This document shows positions 46,167 through 57,300 of a DNA stretch of 64,000 nt, in pieces (the first letter of the stretch is position 1; each line of letters begins with the position of its first letter). The translations under genes and the position numbers were made by a program. The notes beneath the pieces are model-generated. The model was not told the DNA's origin. It did not search any database and was given only the letters and a program-made list of their open reading frames with translations. The DNA is from Candidatus Omnitrophota bacterium (lineage in GTDB: Bacteria; Omnitrophota; Gorgyraeia; Zapsychrales; Zapsychraceae): the NCBI GenBank assembly GCA_015233115.1, contig JADFYJ010000005.1, positions 86,359-150,358 of the forward strand, given 5' to 3'.

Positions 46167-47276
46167 TTACTTTACAACCTGCACATCAATATTAACTTTT
46201 TTGCCGCTTTCTGTTTGTGATTGATTTAAATCCCCTGACTTGTAACGCCCTTCATCAACCTTGACAGCTTGCCCACCTTTAAACAAAAATCCATTATTTC
46301 CCAAAACCGTACGAGCATGATCGCGTTCGCGTAAGGCTTTATGTTGAATTTCGTCTGCATCTTGCTGAAATTTGTGGATCTTTGATTTAACTAATCTCAT
46401 CCGGTCTTTGTAAAGGCGAATGAGTTCTTTTCCTTCAGGAATATTATTGATTTCACCTTCGTAATAACGGACTTTTCCATTTAATGTTTCAACTTCAGTC
46501 GTTAATTTTGCGTTTTTCTCATTTAACAATGCCAGATTTTGGTTAAATTCTTCTGTTAATTTAGCATTTTGCTCGGTCATTTGCCGGACTTGCTCCTGCA
46601 GTTGAGTATTTGCTGTTTTTTCTTGAGCTAATTGCTGTTGGGCCTGCGCCAACATGGTTTGAGTTTCCGCGAGAGCCGCTTTCGTTGTTGCCAGCTCTTT
46701 AGTAACCACTTCCAATTGTTGTTTAGTTTCTGTATACAATTGATGATAAGTTTGGGTTAATTTTGTCTGACCATCAATCGCTACTGTTAAATTTTGAGTC
46801 GTCTTGTTCAAACTGTTGTAAATTGAACCGCTGGTCCATACTGAATAAACCACAATCCACGCTAAAAAAATTGACGCAGCAACATTTAAAACAATCAGCC
46901 AGCCGCGCATTTTCTTTTCTTTTTCAATACCATCTTGAACTCGGCGGCGTAACGCATTCGCCAAATCTTCAGAAACATTTTCAAACTTAATGCCCCAATA
47001 ATGTTTGCTGTCATTTTTAGGTTTTGACCAGATCACGCGTCCTTGAGATGGAACAACACCAAAATCCCCTTCCTTGGCACGAAAATTAAAATTCCCGTTC
47101 ATACTTGAATCGTGTGGGGCATCAGTCTCTAACAACATGCCGGACGCACTAATGTTGCGCATACTGCCTTTTCCCTGAGCCGCCCCGCCCTCTTGCGACC
47201 AAAGAATATCTTTTTTTTCTTTTACGCGCACATCCATACGCGACTCGTTTAAAATAGTACTGACACGATTTGCCAT
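46167..47276 (-). CDS. membrane-anchored PilZ-domain c-di-GMP receptor with long extracytoplasmic coiled coil
   Basis: Strong RBS aaggagg. N-terminal PilZ motifs RxxxR (SRMDVR) and N/DxSxxG (NISASGMLLE); one TM (LIVLNVAASIFLAWIVVYSVW); then about 150 aa Q/E/K-rich heptad coiled coil plus about 70-aa C-terminal domain. Confidence 0.7.
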   Translation of the reverse strand: MANRVSTILNESRMDVRVKEKKDILWSQEGGAAQGKGSMRNISASGMLLETDAPHDSSMNGNFNFRAKEGDFGVVPSQGRVIWSKPKNDSKHYWGIKFENVSEDLANALRRRVQDGIEKEKKMRGWLIVLNVAASIFLAWIVVYSVWTSGSIYNSLNKTTQNLTVAIDGQTKLTQTYHQLYTETKQQLEVVTKELATTKAALAETQTMLAQAQQQLAQEKTANTQLQEQVRQMTEQNAKLTEEFNQNLALLNEKNAKLTTEVETLNGKVRYYEGEINNIPEGKELIRLYKDRMRLVKSKIHKFQQDADEIQHKALRERDHARTVLGNNGFLFKGGQAVKVDEGRYKSGDLNQSQTESGKKVNIDVQVVK

Positions 47277-47475
47277 AGAATAAACCTCCTTAATTGAACT
47301 TAGGACATGTTCTTAATTCCAAAAACCTCTCAGATTAAGTGCGTGTCCCCATTAACAAACAGGGTCGACAAAAACAGATTATTTTTAATTGTCAAGTAAT
47401 TTTCGTATAAAAATAAAAGTTGGTGATTAAGTATATCCTATTATTTTCAATATGGCAAGTTTTTTGGCTTTTCTC

Positions 47476-49344
47476 TTATTTTAAAATTTTATCTAACAAT
47501 CCGTTAATTAAATCTTTGCCTGGCTTTTCATTTTGCGGCTCTGAAGTTGTCCCGGCTGGTTGAGCAGGCTGGCCGGAGGACTCTTGAGGATTTATTTTTA
47601 AAGCTTTATATATCAAGCCTTTAATTTCCTCTTTCCCTCTATTATTAATGTAGTTTTTAGCCACATCTTTCAAATCTGGAAAAATTTTAAATTTAACCGC
47701 TGGACCCTGATAAGGCTTAAATGGAAAATGCATGCGTCCATCTTGTTGCAATAAATATTTGAGATCTGGAGACGATCCTAATAATTCTCCTGACAATTCC
47801 GCATCCATATACATATCCATGGCAAAATTTAAATTTTGCGTGAGATCCATATCTCCGTTAAAATTCACTTCAAAGCCCTGAGCCTTGACCAAACCTTTGC
47901 TGAAAACCAATTTATTATTGGCAAATTGTAGATCTGAAGAAACCATTTCAAATTCCGTATCTTTTGAACCAAGATAGTTTTTATATTTTTCCGCAAGGTT
48001 AGCTTCTGCTTTAGCGCCCAAATTAGGAATAAATGAAACTTGATCCAACACGAATTTTAATAAATTGAAATCCAATATTTTCATGCCATCCACCCGCGCG
48101 TCGCCGTTAGCTCCCAAATTAGCAATTCCTACCCCGCTCATGGTCATTTTTCCGTTAATCTTTCCAGCTAATTTAAACGGCATTTTAAAAATAGACGTTA
48201 ATTCACCCAAATCAACCGCTTTTACTTCCGCGATTCCGCTTAACGTTTGCGTTTTTAAATAATCTTTTACATCTGCGTCAACAGTCACATGACCTTGAGC
48301 TAAATCCAGGGATACTTCTTTAACCAAGGCATCTTTTTCGTTCACTTCTGCCCTTAATTTAATATTTGAAATAGGATCTTTCAGCCATTCAGTCGCAATA
48401 CTGCCATCATCAATAGTAGCCCGGCTAACCAATTGGGATAAACCCTGCGGGCTTAAATCCAACGAATCCACATCAACCAGGGTCATCACTTTGGGACTTG
48501 CTTTCAGCTTAGCCGCGTCGATTTGTGGACACAATTTTTTTACACCGTCCATATCCAATTGACTCGAATCAATTTTAACTTTAATATTATGTAAACTGAT
48601 TTGACTCGTTTTTAAATCAATTTTAAACCCGCCTTCCGCCGAAACCAAAGGCTGTCCCTTAGTTAAAATATCCACACTCGCTTTAAATGGTACCCACTTA
48701 TCCAAACCAAAATCATTAACCTGAACATTAATATTATTAATCGCCAGCGCCAAAGGACCGGCGGTTTGTTTTTGCGCGTACAACACACTCCCATTGTCTA
48801 CTCTTATATTAGTAACTACGATATTAGGCATCGCGGCAGGAGCATTGGAAACATTTGTAGAAGGTTTGGTATTCGGCTGTGGCTGGCCCTGAGACTGTGC
48901 CTGCGACGGTACTGGTGTAGTTGGCTTATTATTCAATTGTTGCGCCAAATAAGTAAAATTATTCGAACCGTCTGCCAGCATAATAAAATGGATAACTGGC
49001 TTACTTAAAACCAAATGCGTCACAACTAATTGACGCTGAACAATCAAAGGCCAAATTTTAACACCCACTTCAACTGAATCTAGTTCAACTAAAAATGGAT
49101 TATCAAACAGTTTATCATCGGGCAGCTTAATCCCCTTTAACGCCAGCACAAACCCGTCTTTAAGCTTAAAATTCAATTCAATCTTCGACAATTCAATATT
49201 ACGCCCAACCGCTTCCTGAGCCTTAGCCACAATCACCGGTCTAAATTGATCAAAATTATAACACTTAAAAAAAACAAACAAGCCGGCAACCAAAACAACA
49301 CCCAATATGACCAAAACCCGTAAAACCATCGATAATTTTTTCAT
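47476..49344 (-). CDS. AsmA-family protein (AsmA/TamB-like envelope biogenesis)
   Basis: N-terminal signal-anchor (MKKLSMVLRVLVILGVVLVAGLFVF), then about 600 aa of beta-rich AsmA-like sequence with the family's N-terminal region (...RNIELSKIELNFKLKDGFVLALKGIKL...). Confidence 0.6.
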   Translation of the reverse strand: MKKLSMVLRVLVILGVVLVAGLFVFFKCYNFDQFRPVIVAKAQEAVGRNIELSKIELNFKLKDGFVLALKGIKLPDDKLFDNPFLVELDSVEVGVKIWPLIVQRQLVVTHLVLSKPVIHFIMLADGSNNFTYLAQQLNNKPTTPVPSQAQSQGQPQPNTKPSTNVSNAPAAMPNIVVTNIRVDNGSVLYAQKQTAGPLALAINNINVQVNDFGLDKWVPFKASVDILTKGQPLVSAEGGFKIDLKTSQISLHNIKVKIDSSQLDMDGVKKLCPQIDAAKLKASPKVMTLVDVDSLDLSPQGLSQLVSRATIDDGSIATEWLKDPISNIKLRAEVNEKDALVKEVSLDLAQGHVTVDADVKDYLKTQTLSGIAEVKAVDLGELTSIFKMPFKLAGKINGKMTMSGVGIANLGANGDARVDGMKILDFNLLKFVLDQVSFIPNLGAKAEANLAEKYKNYLGSKDTEFEMVSSDLQFANNKLVFSKGLVKAQGFEVNFNGDMDLTQNLNFAMDMYMDAELSGELLGSSPDLKYLLQQDGRMHFPFKPYQGPAVKFKIFPDLKDVAKNYINNRGKEEIKGLIYKALKINPQESSGQPAQPAGTTSEPQNEKPGKDLINGLLDKILK

Positions 49345-49429
49345 AAAATTCCCCAATCTTTTTTTACTATATTTGCAAAGCATAAAAGATAATTATTAAC
49401 ATTTTAAGGGTAAGCGTCAAGAAAAAAAA

Positions 49430-52400
49430 TTATTTAAGATATTTCCCGACATCTTTAAAAGTCGGGTCGATTTCGCGGATGGCGGAGAAAATGCGGCGGG
49501 ATTCAGCGGTGTTGCCTTTGGAGTTTAAATCCAGGGCTCTTTGATACATGCGGTCTAATTGGGAAGACAAATCCATTTGAACCTGTTTGCGGTCTACGTC
49601 AATTTCTTGCTGACGTTTCTTCATTAAATCCAATAATTGATCCCGTTGATCTTGGGCGTCTTGCAAATTGTTTTGATTTTGAATATCTTCCCGTTTAGCT
49701 TTGGGCTCGCCAGCAGCAAGGGCTTCGTTTGACTTTTGAATCTTTACGTCTTTTAAATTTACCGATTGTTCCAATTGACGTAAAGAGTCCCGGTCTTTTT
49801 GAAGTTGAGTTTCTTCGTGATTGATTTGTTTTTCAAGACGATCAAGATCCTGATCTTCTTTGTCTATCCGGCCTTGGTTATTTTTATCCTCTTTCCGGGC
49901 TTTTGCTGTATATTCGTTAATCCTTGTTTTATTCGCTTCCTTGACAATTTTCCGAATTTGCCGAGATTGTTGATCTACTTTTCGCTGCATATTCACGGTG
50001 AATTTATGATCCAAATTACCGTCGGCTAAAAGAGCATTGAGTACCCCAACTTTTTTCTCTGCCAACCTCACATCTTTTTGATCAACATAAGACAACAAAT
50101 CATTATATGCATCTGTCACATTGGCCTGTAAGTCTTTTTGAAGATCTACTTTTTCTTCAGCATGTTTAGCTATAGGAGCTTTTCCCATATTCACAGCCTC
50201 AGATAACTTAATCTTTTGAGCCGCTAATTTTCCCCGGATAGAATGAACAAAACGTTTATCAAGAGAAGGGTTAGCCAGCATCTTTTCCGTTTCATTAATT
50301 TTTTTCGATGCTAATTCGAGCTTTTGTTCATTGACCGAATCCACAACTTCGTCAAACTCTTGGCGCACATCATTTTGTAGATTGTTTTGGACAACAGCCA
50401 TTTTGACAGCATCGGACTGATCCGCTACCGTTGGTTCCGAAGCCGCCATCTTGGTTTCAGCAAACGATGCCATACCTGATGGTTTTAGAGGAACAACTTT
50501 TTTAACCTCCGGCCTGCTGACTGGTTTAGTAATTATTTCTTGAGTTTTATATTTTTCATCTGCTTCAACAGCTTTCAATACGTCATCACAACGCCGGATC
50601 ATTTTCGAAGCAGACTTATATCCAGGATATATTTTTTCTACTGAATTAAATTTAATCCGGGCACTTCTATAGTCACCCGCATTATAGGCTGACATAGCTT
50701 CTCTATATAAAACACCCGCGTCTTTCTGCCAACGTTTTAATTCAACAAAATCGGTTTTTTCTAACAACGAGTTAACTTTACTTTTTTCTTGCCGCAATAT
50801 TCTTTGCTGATTAGCCTCAGTTTCAATCTGTTTCTTTTTATAAATTTCAAGTTCCACCGCCAGTCTTCTGCGCTCTTCACTTCGATCATGCGCTTCAGCA
50901 CGTCGGATCTCACTTTGTGTTACCTGATTACCGCTGTCCTGAGGCTGTGATTTCGAGATCTGAGATGACGGAGAATTAACCACTTCCTCTTTTCTGGCTG
51001 GGACAATTTTTTCAACTTCAGCTGTTTTTTTCGCTTCTTCTACTAAATGGACAGCTTCGCGCTCATTTTCAGCTATTGCTAATTGTTGTTCAGCACAAAA
51101 TTCTGTCAATGCATCTAATTCCACGCTCATATCTTCTTCTATCAACTCCGGTGGTTCAGCCATATCTGGGACAGCATTAGTTAAAATATCGCGCTCAAGC
51201 GCTTTGGTTAAACGATTTTCCTCTTTAGATCGCAACTTGGCAACCTGCCCGTTATTACGTTCTTTGGCGTCAATTTCCTTTCGGAACTGGGCATACTGCA
51301 TATCCCGGATATGTTCCCGGGCATTTTCTTTCGCTTTAAGTGAAGCAATCTGAGCCACAGATCCTGAAACATATCCATCTAATTGTTCACGATCCAACCG
51401 ATGCTCTTCAGTCGCCTTGGTTTTTGCTTCATTGATTTGCTGTGCTTCAGCACGAATGGCCTGATTTATTTTACTAATATATTCATCAATATTTTTATGT
51501 CTGCCCGGGACTGTTGCTTTAGCTAAATAAAATTTCCTTTTCGCTTGAACAAATTGTGACGCATTGTAAAATTCAACCGCTTGATCAAAATATTTATCAC
51601 ATAATTTATCTGAGTCCATGACTTCCGACGTTTCCAGACTGCCCCTCTTATTTTCCACGATCTGGTTTTTAACTTTTTGCTGTTCTAAAGCAACCTTAAT
51701 CAATTCTAAATATCGTTGTGACGAGCGATATCCGGGACTTTTAAATTCAACCAGATTGAATTTTTCACGAGCGATTTCATATTCTTGAGCTTTATATAAA
51801 GAAACAGCTTCAAAATACATATTCTCAATATCTTTGTCATTTAACGATTGCGCGACCTGAGGTTCAGACAAAACCGACGGAGCACTGGTTGGAACAGATA
51901 CTGGAGGCAAGACCACCGGATTTTCCCCTGGCCGTGCCTTCTCTATATACTTCTTTTGTTTCTCAAGAAGCTTATCAATTTTGAGAAGATATTTTTCTGT
52001 ATCCCGGTAATTCGGTTTCATCGTATTCACATCTTCAAAAATTTTCTTTGACCGTTCGTACTGTTTAGCCCGATATAAATCAATACCGTGCTGATAAACC
52101 TTGTTCAATGACTGCGAATCAACATTAGTAAAATCATCGTGTTCGGAAATGGAATGAGAGGATGAAGCAACCGGTGGAACAGGATAATTTTGGTTGATCA
52201 CGGGCTTAACGCCTTTTTCTTTTCCAATGGTATCGTCAATCTTCTTCAAATATTTCGCGGTCTGTTTATACTGCGGACTTAAACGCTCGACCTGATTAAA
52301 ACGGGTCCGGGCTAAAGGATAATTCTTATTATCAAACAAAGAAACCGCGGTCGTATAAATCTCATCTATCTCTTTTTGAATGGCTAAGGGAATTTTAGCT

Positions 52401-54307
52401 TTAACGCCTTGTTCAAATTTATTTTTTTCCCACGCGCCTTTATTAACCTCAGGTTGAAATTGATTCGATTCCTCATCGATCTTTTTTAGATAATCAGCGG
52501 TATCTTTATAATTTGGGTAAACCGCTTCAACCTGAATAAATTTCCTTTTTGATTCGGAAAAATTATTTTCTTTAAAAAATTTTAACGCTAATTGATATTT
52601 TGTTTCCGCTTCTTCAGTGAACTTTAACTTGCGTTCCTCGATAGCTTTCTGTACAAACATATTCTCTGCTTGCGCGCCGGTCAAAACGGGAGAAACTTCC
52701 AGCCCTTTCCCGCCTTTTAAAGCTTTTTTATTTTGGCCGACCGCTTTATTCGTCTTAACCTCAGGCAAGTTAGGCTCATATCTAGCTTTTTTCAGGCTAT
52801 ATTCTGGCTTAACCGGAACCGGCACACCTGTCGCTTTGCTGATCAAGTTAAGATAATTATTGGTGGCCTTATAATTAGAATAAAGTTCCTTAACCTGCAA
52901 AAATTTTTCTTGCGCCAGAGCATATTTTTTCTGATCATAAAAACGCAGAGCCTCAATATAAAGCTTTTTGATTTCTTCCCCATTAGTCCGCAGCGATTCT
53001 TTATCTTCCCAATCTTGAATTTTTTTAAGGAACGAACGTGTCGCTTTATATTCCGGAGCAATCGCTTCTACAGAATCAAATTGAATTTTGGCCTTGGTAT
53101 ATTGCTGCAAATTAAACAAGGCAACAGCCCCTTCATAAATAAATTGGGCTTCATCATAAATACGTTTTTGAGTTTTCTCGTCAGTTAAAGCTTCTTGCTT
53201 CTCCTTAGTCGCTTCTTCCTGCTTATCATCAAGCCGCTCTTCACGGACTTGCTTTGAAAAGAAGGTAACCTTCTCATCATTCGTCAGAATTTTTCCATCC
53301 TGCGGTCCTTGCGCGTTTAATTTGGCCAGATACCGCTGAGTAAATTTATAATCCGGCACGATCCATTCCACTTCTTTAAACCGTTCTAAGGCCTGAGTAT
53401 ATTGTCCGATTTTATATAAACGGATCGCTTCCGTATAAAACTTTTCAGCTTGAACCACGGATTTATGCTGACGGTCTTTTTCTTCTGAGTCTATTTTTTT
53501 ACGCCACTCTTCTTTTTTCTTGCGGGCGGCATCCGTCTGATCTTTTAATTTTTTCTCGATGATCTGGGCTTGATCTTTTTGGATCTCCTGATCAATAACC
53601 ATGAGATAACTGCGGGCGGCTTTGTAATCCGGAAACATTTCTTCGACGGATTCAAATTGTTCTTTCGCGGGGAGATATTTGGCTTGTTGAAAAAGCTTTA
53701 CAGCAGCTTCATAAACTTTATCCACTTCCTTAGCACTAAAACCGCGTTCTTGTTCAAGTTGCTTTATACGGGTATTTTCTTCTTCAGCCAAAACTTTTTC
53801 TTGTTTTTTAAAACGGCTCGAACTGATCCCGATATATCCCTTCATTTCCGGATGTTCGGTAATCTTAATCGCTTTATCCCAATATTCGCGTGCCTGATCA
53901 TATTTGCCGTCCTCATAAAACTGCATAGCTTTTTGATAATACTCGCGGGCTTTTTCTTCGCGTTGTTGATTCCGCCGGAACTTAGCCTGTTCTTCCAGCT
54001 TCACATTAACTTTTTCAATCTTCGCTTTAGAACGTTTAATCAAATCTTTAATATTTACAACAAAACCATCTTCGGTTTTTTCTTCGCGCAAAGTTTTTTC
54101 TTTATTGATAAGAGCTGGTGCTAACGCGGGCAGAGTTGTTTTTTCAATAGACGAATCTTGCGGCTGGACTACTCCGGCAGGGGTCAGATCGGCAACAGCC
54201 GACGTCGAGGTTTTCGCGGCAGGCCCAGCGGCGAAAACTATCCTCGCCGAGAGCGTAAACGCAAACCCCAATGAAACGATCAATAAAGTGCGGTTGAGAC
54301 CTCTCAT
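49430..54307 (-). CDS. giant (1625 aa) secreted repeat protein: signal peptide plus at least 14 copies of an about 70-100-aa TPR-like unit with charged coiled-coil linkers
   Basis: SP MRGLNRTLLIVSLGFAFTLSARIVFA. Recurring unit such as YYQKAMQFYEDGKYDQAREYWDKAIKI / VYEAAVKLFQQAKYLPAKEQFESVEEMFPDYKAARSYLMVI / IYDEAQFIYEGAVALFNLQQYTKAKIQFDSVEAIAPEYKATRSFLKKI. Confidence 0.8.
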   Translation of the reverse strand: MRGLNRTLLIVSLGFAFTLSARIVFAAGPAAKTSTSAVADLTPAGVVQPQDSSIEKTTLPALAPALINKEKTLREEKTEDGFVVNIKDLIKRSKAKIEKVNVKLEEQAKFRRNQQREEKAREYYQKAMQFYEDGKYDQAREYWDKAIKITEHPEMKGYIGISSSRFKKQEKVLAEEENTRIKQLEQERGFSAKEVDKVYEAAVKLFQQAKYLPAKEQFESVEEMFPDYKAARSYLMVIDQEIQKDQAQIIEKKLKDQTDAARKKKEEWRKKIDSEEKDRQHKSVVQAEKFYTEAIRLYKIGQYTQALERFKEVEWIVPDYKFTQRYLAKLNAQGPQDGKILTNDEKVTFFSKQVREERLDDKQEEATKEKQEALTDEKTQKRIYDEAQFIYEGAVALFNLQQYTKAKIQFDSVEAIAPEYKATRSFLKKIQDWEDKESLRTNGEEIKKLYIEALRFYDQKKYALAQEKFLQVKELYSNYKATNNYLNLISKATGVPVPVKPEYSLKKARYEPNLPEVKTNKAVGQNKKALKGGKGLEVSPVLTGAQAENMFVQKAIEERKLKFTEEAETKYQLALKFFKENNFSESKRKFIQVEAVYPNYKDTADYLKKIDEESNQFQPEVNKGAWEKNKFEQGVKAKIPLAIQKEIDEIYTTAVSLFDNKNYPLARTRFNQVERLSPQYKQTAKYLKKIDDTIGKEKGVKPVINQNYPVPPVASSSHSISEHDDFTNVDSQSLNKVYQHGIDLYRAKQYERSKKIFEDVNTMKPNYRDTEKYLLKIDKLLEKQKKYIEKARPGENPVVLPPVSVPTSAPSVLSEPQVAQSLNDKDIENMYFEAVSLYKAQEYEIAREKFNLVEFKSPGYRSSQRYLELIKVALEQQKVKNQIVENKRGSLETSEVMDSDKLCDKYFDQAVEFYNASQFVQAKRKFYLAKATVPGRHKNIDEYISKINQAIRAEAQQINEAKTKATEEHRLDREQLDGYVSGSVAQIASLKAKENAREHIRDMQYAQFRKEIDAKERNNGQVAKLRSKEENRLTKALERDILTNAVPDMAEPPELIEEDMSVELDALTEFCAEQQLAIAENEREAVHLVEEAKKTAEVEKIVPARKEEVVNSPSSQISKSQPQDSGNQVTQSEIRRAEAHDRSEERRRLAVELEIYKKKQIETEANQQRILRQEKSKVNSLLEKTDFVELKRWQKDAGVLYREAMSAYNAGDYRSARIKFNSVEKIYPGYKSASKMIRRCDDVLKAVEADEKYKTQEIITKPVSRPEVKKVVPLKPSGMASFAETKMAASEPTVADQSDAVKMAVVQNNLQNDVRQEFDEVVDSVNEQKLELASKKINETEKMLANPSLDKRFVHSIRGKLAAQKIKLSEAVNMGKAPIAKHAEEKVDLQKDLQANVTDAYNDLLSYVDQKDVRLAEKKVGVLNALLADGNLDHKFTVNMQRKVDQQSRQIRKIVKEANKTRINEYTAKARKEDKNNQGRIDKEDQDLDRLEKQINHEETQLQKDRDSLRQLEQSVNLKDVKIQKSNEALAAGEPKAKREDIQNQNNLQDAQDQRDQLLDLMKKRQQEIDVDRKQVQMDLSSQLDRMYQRALDLNSKGNTAESRRIFSAIREIDPTFKDVGKYLK

Positions 54308-54365
54308 TTATTATTTAGTGTCTTCTTTTTATTATTATAAAAGATGGGATCCCCCAATTTTGTTT

Positions 54366-57300
54366 TTATTCTATCACACCCTTCTTAGCATCTTCCAGAA
54401 GTTTCTCTAATATTTTCTTAGCTTTTTCATATTGCCCAGTGCGGTAATAATCGTCTGCCTTTTGTTTCATATCCACCAATTGTTTTTCCTGCGCAACACG
54501 GGTCCGAATATAGGAAGCGGCCTCTTCATACATCATCTGCCCGGTTAATACAATGTCGCGATAGATATCGAAAGACTCTTCCCAACTGCCGCGATTGGCA
54601 GATTTTTGCGCTAATTTATAATAGGTGTTGAGCTCCTGCATAATAGGACTTTGCGGATTAGACAATTCCTGTTCAACCATGGCCCAGGCCCAATGACTAA
54701 TCTTTTCCTCAACCCAACGGTCATTGGAGCGGGCAATTTCATCCGGAGTCCGGTCATAAAATTTACCTGTCAGACGGACAAACGGGCCGCGAGACGCAAA
54801 GCTTAATGACGTAAGATCATCATTATAATCCGTAAAATTAAAGCCAACGCCTAATTGCGCGAAATCGTTCAACCGGCGTGCCGCCTCGATCAAGAAGCCG
54901 GATTTCATATCCCGTGATTCATGTTGAGCTAAAATCCTGAATTCTCCGCCGATCATCCAGTCGCGGTCAATCTTATAATTAATACGGTGAATCATCAACC
55001 ACGTATGGGTGTTAGTAAAATCAAATCCGGCCACTTTTTCCTTGGCCATCCGGTACGCGAATTTTTCTCCCACTTGCCAATGTTCGTCAATATCATACAA
55101 ACCTTCGGCGGAGAAAATATCCGCGATGCTCTGTTGAATATCCGAATTCGTAGCGTCCGCCTGACTGGCCGGAGACTGTTCTTCTTTGTGGGTCACTTCA
55201 CCAATCAAATTTAATTTATCCATCATCAAAGGACGATAGGCCGCGCCTAAGGTCACTTGATGCAGCATGGCGATCGTTCCCGTACCAATTGACGGGATAC
55301 CCGTTGAGGTTAAAGTTGTTTCCTGATCCATATTTTGGGAATTCGTATATTGCCCTTTCGCGTAAAGGGTCAATTCCGGCGACACTTTACCCTGCGCGGA
55401 GGCGTAAACCAAATATTGATTCATATCCGAACTTCCCGTATCCTTGCGGTATTCCGCTTTAACCGACGAGGTCAGCACTTTTTCTCCGGTCTGTTCATCC
55501 GCCTTCGCGTATCCAACACCGAGGGTATACGCGTCACGATCCGTGATTGTTCCGTTGTAATTCTGCACTTTGCCGCGTTCATAACTGCCCGACAGCGCCC
55601 AGCGATCACCAATATCCCCGGTTAAACCAAAAATATTAGACTGAGTAATGGAATCCGGCGCGTCCGCTAATTGACGGGTTAACGTTCCCTTTAAACGCAC
55701 ATTGTCTTTCTCCCGAACCAAACCGTATTCATCACCCGTCGACTTTTGACTGCCGGCTTGACCAAAAGACCGCGTCGTCAACATAGATACTTCACTGTTT
55801 AATTTCTTTTCTGTTCCAAACGTCAACTTAGTATCTTTGCCGTCACGCGTCGTATCGGCCACCGATATCCCGCTGGTCGTCGTCGTATTAGGATCCACTT
55901 GAGACCGCCCGCCAAAGGTCATCACCATATCCTGATCCAATGAATTCGTCGCGTAGGATAATTTCGACTCAACCGCACTGTCTCGATCGATTTGAGACTT
56001 GCCTCCAAAACTCACTAATTTTTTGGGTTCTTTATCCTGCAAATCTGTTAACCCCACATCTGTTTCGATTTTGTTTTTCTCATTCGGACTATATTCCGCG
56101 CCGACCGTGGCCTGATTCTGGCCCAAAGCCGTATTATACGTTTGCGAAGTGGCACCGGTAGACGTAGATATAGACGGATTAGCCGCGATATCATAATTAG
56201 CTTTTAAGACCAGCTTGCCTGCTGTGACCGACTTGTTGACATCATATTTGGCCGCCATTTGCGCGGAAGCGCCCATCTGGCCATTAGTATATTTTAGATC
56301 AACGGTGGTTTTATCAGTGGGTTTAATCGTGGCGCCGACAGTGTTTTGATCATTAGGCGTTCCGGATAAGGTCTGTTGTCGTCTGGCCATCACACTCAAC
56401 TTATCATTGACTTGATAATCAGCCTGAAACGCCAGCAGGGTCCCTTGGCCCGGAGAAGCAAAGGTGGTATCTCCTGGGCTTAAAGCATTGGCCGCTTGGT
56501 TAGAAAACTCAGCCGTCAAACGGAGTTTGCTGTTGACATCATGCACAATTTGCGCCAAGGTCGTCGTAGTCTTTTGCCCTCCGACCTGCAGTTTGGTTTG
56601 CGTGCTCCCTCCGTCTAGTAAAGTCTGAATATCATGCCGTAACCTTAAACGGGTATGATCCGTGATATCATACGTCGCGGCTAAAGAAACCAACTCTTTG
56701 CCTTGCTGGGCCGTCGAATCTGTGGTCGAGAAATTATTATCAATCCACCGATATGCGGCCGTCAGACCTAGACGGTTAAACAACGTCGCGTCGCCGGAAA
56801 TCCCATACGCTTTATTTTTAGATCCAGCTGGAGCGCTGACGCTCGTAAAGGATAAACCACCGTCCGTAGATAAATATGTATCCTGGGCATTGGATGTCGT
56901 TTCCGCGACCTCCGCTTTAACTTTGGCGTTATCGCCGACATGCAAGGTCGCGTCTGTGCCGGTCAATTGATAATTGCCGCCCTGTTGTTCTTCCTTGACA
57001 TATGTTTCCCCAATGATCAAATGATTTCCAATCGCTTTAGCCAGACGGGTTCCTTCGCTGGCCTCATTCATCGTGCCAGAGACGCTGTACGCGTAATCCG
57101 CGACTACATACACCAGGTTTCCGTCAAGAATATTATTCGACACAATCGATGTTGAGGTCACAATCTGCGGCACCGGCCGCCAGAATATAACCCGGCCGCT
57201 CGGATAATCAATATCATAGTCTGACCCTTCCTTTAAATCCTGAGTACTGACGACAACACCCGTCACGCGATCGCGGACTTCCGCGCGAATCTTGTCTGAA

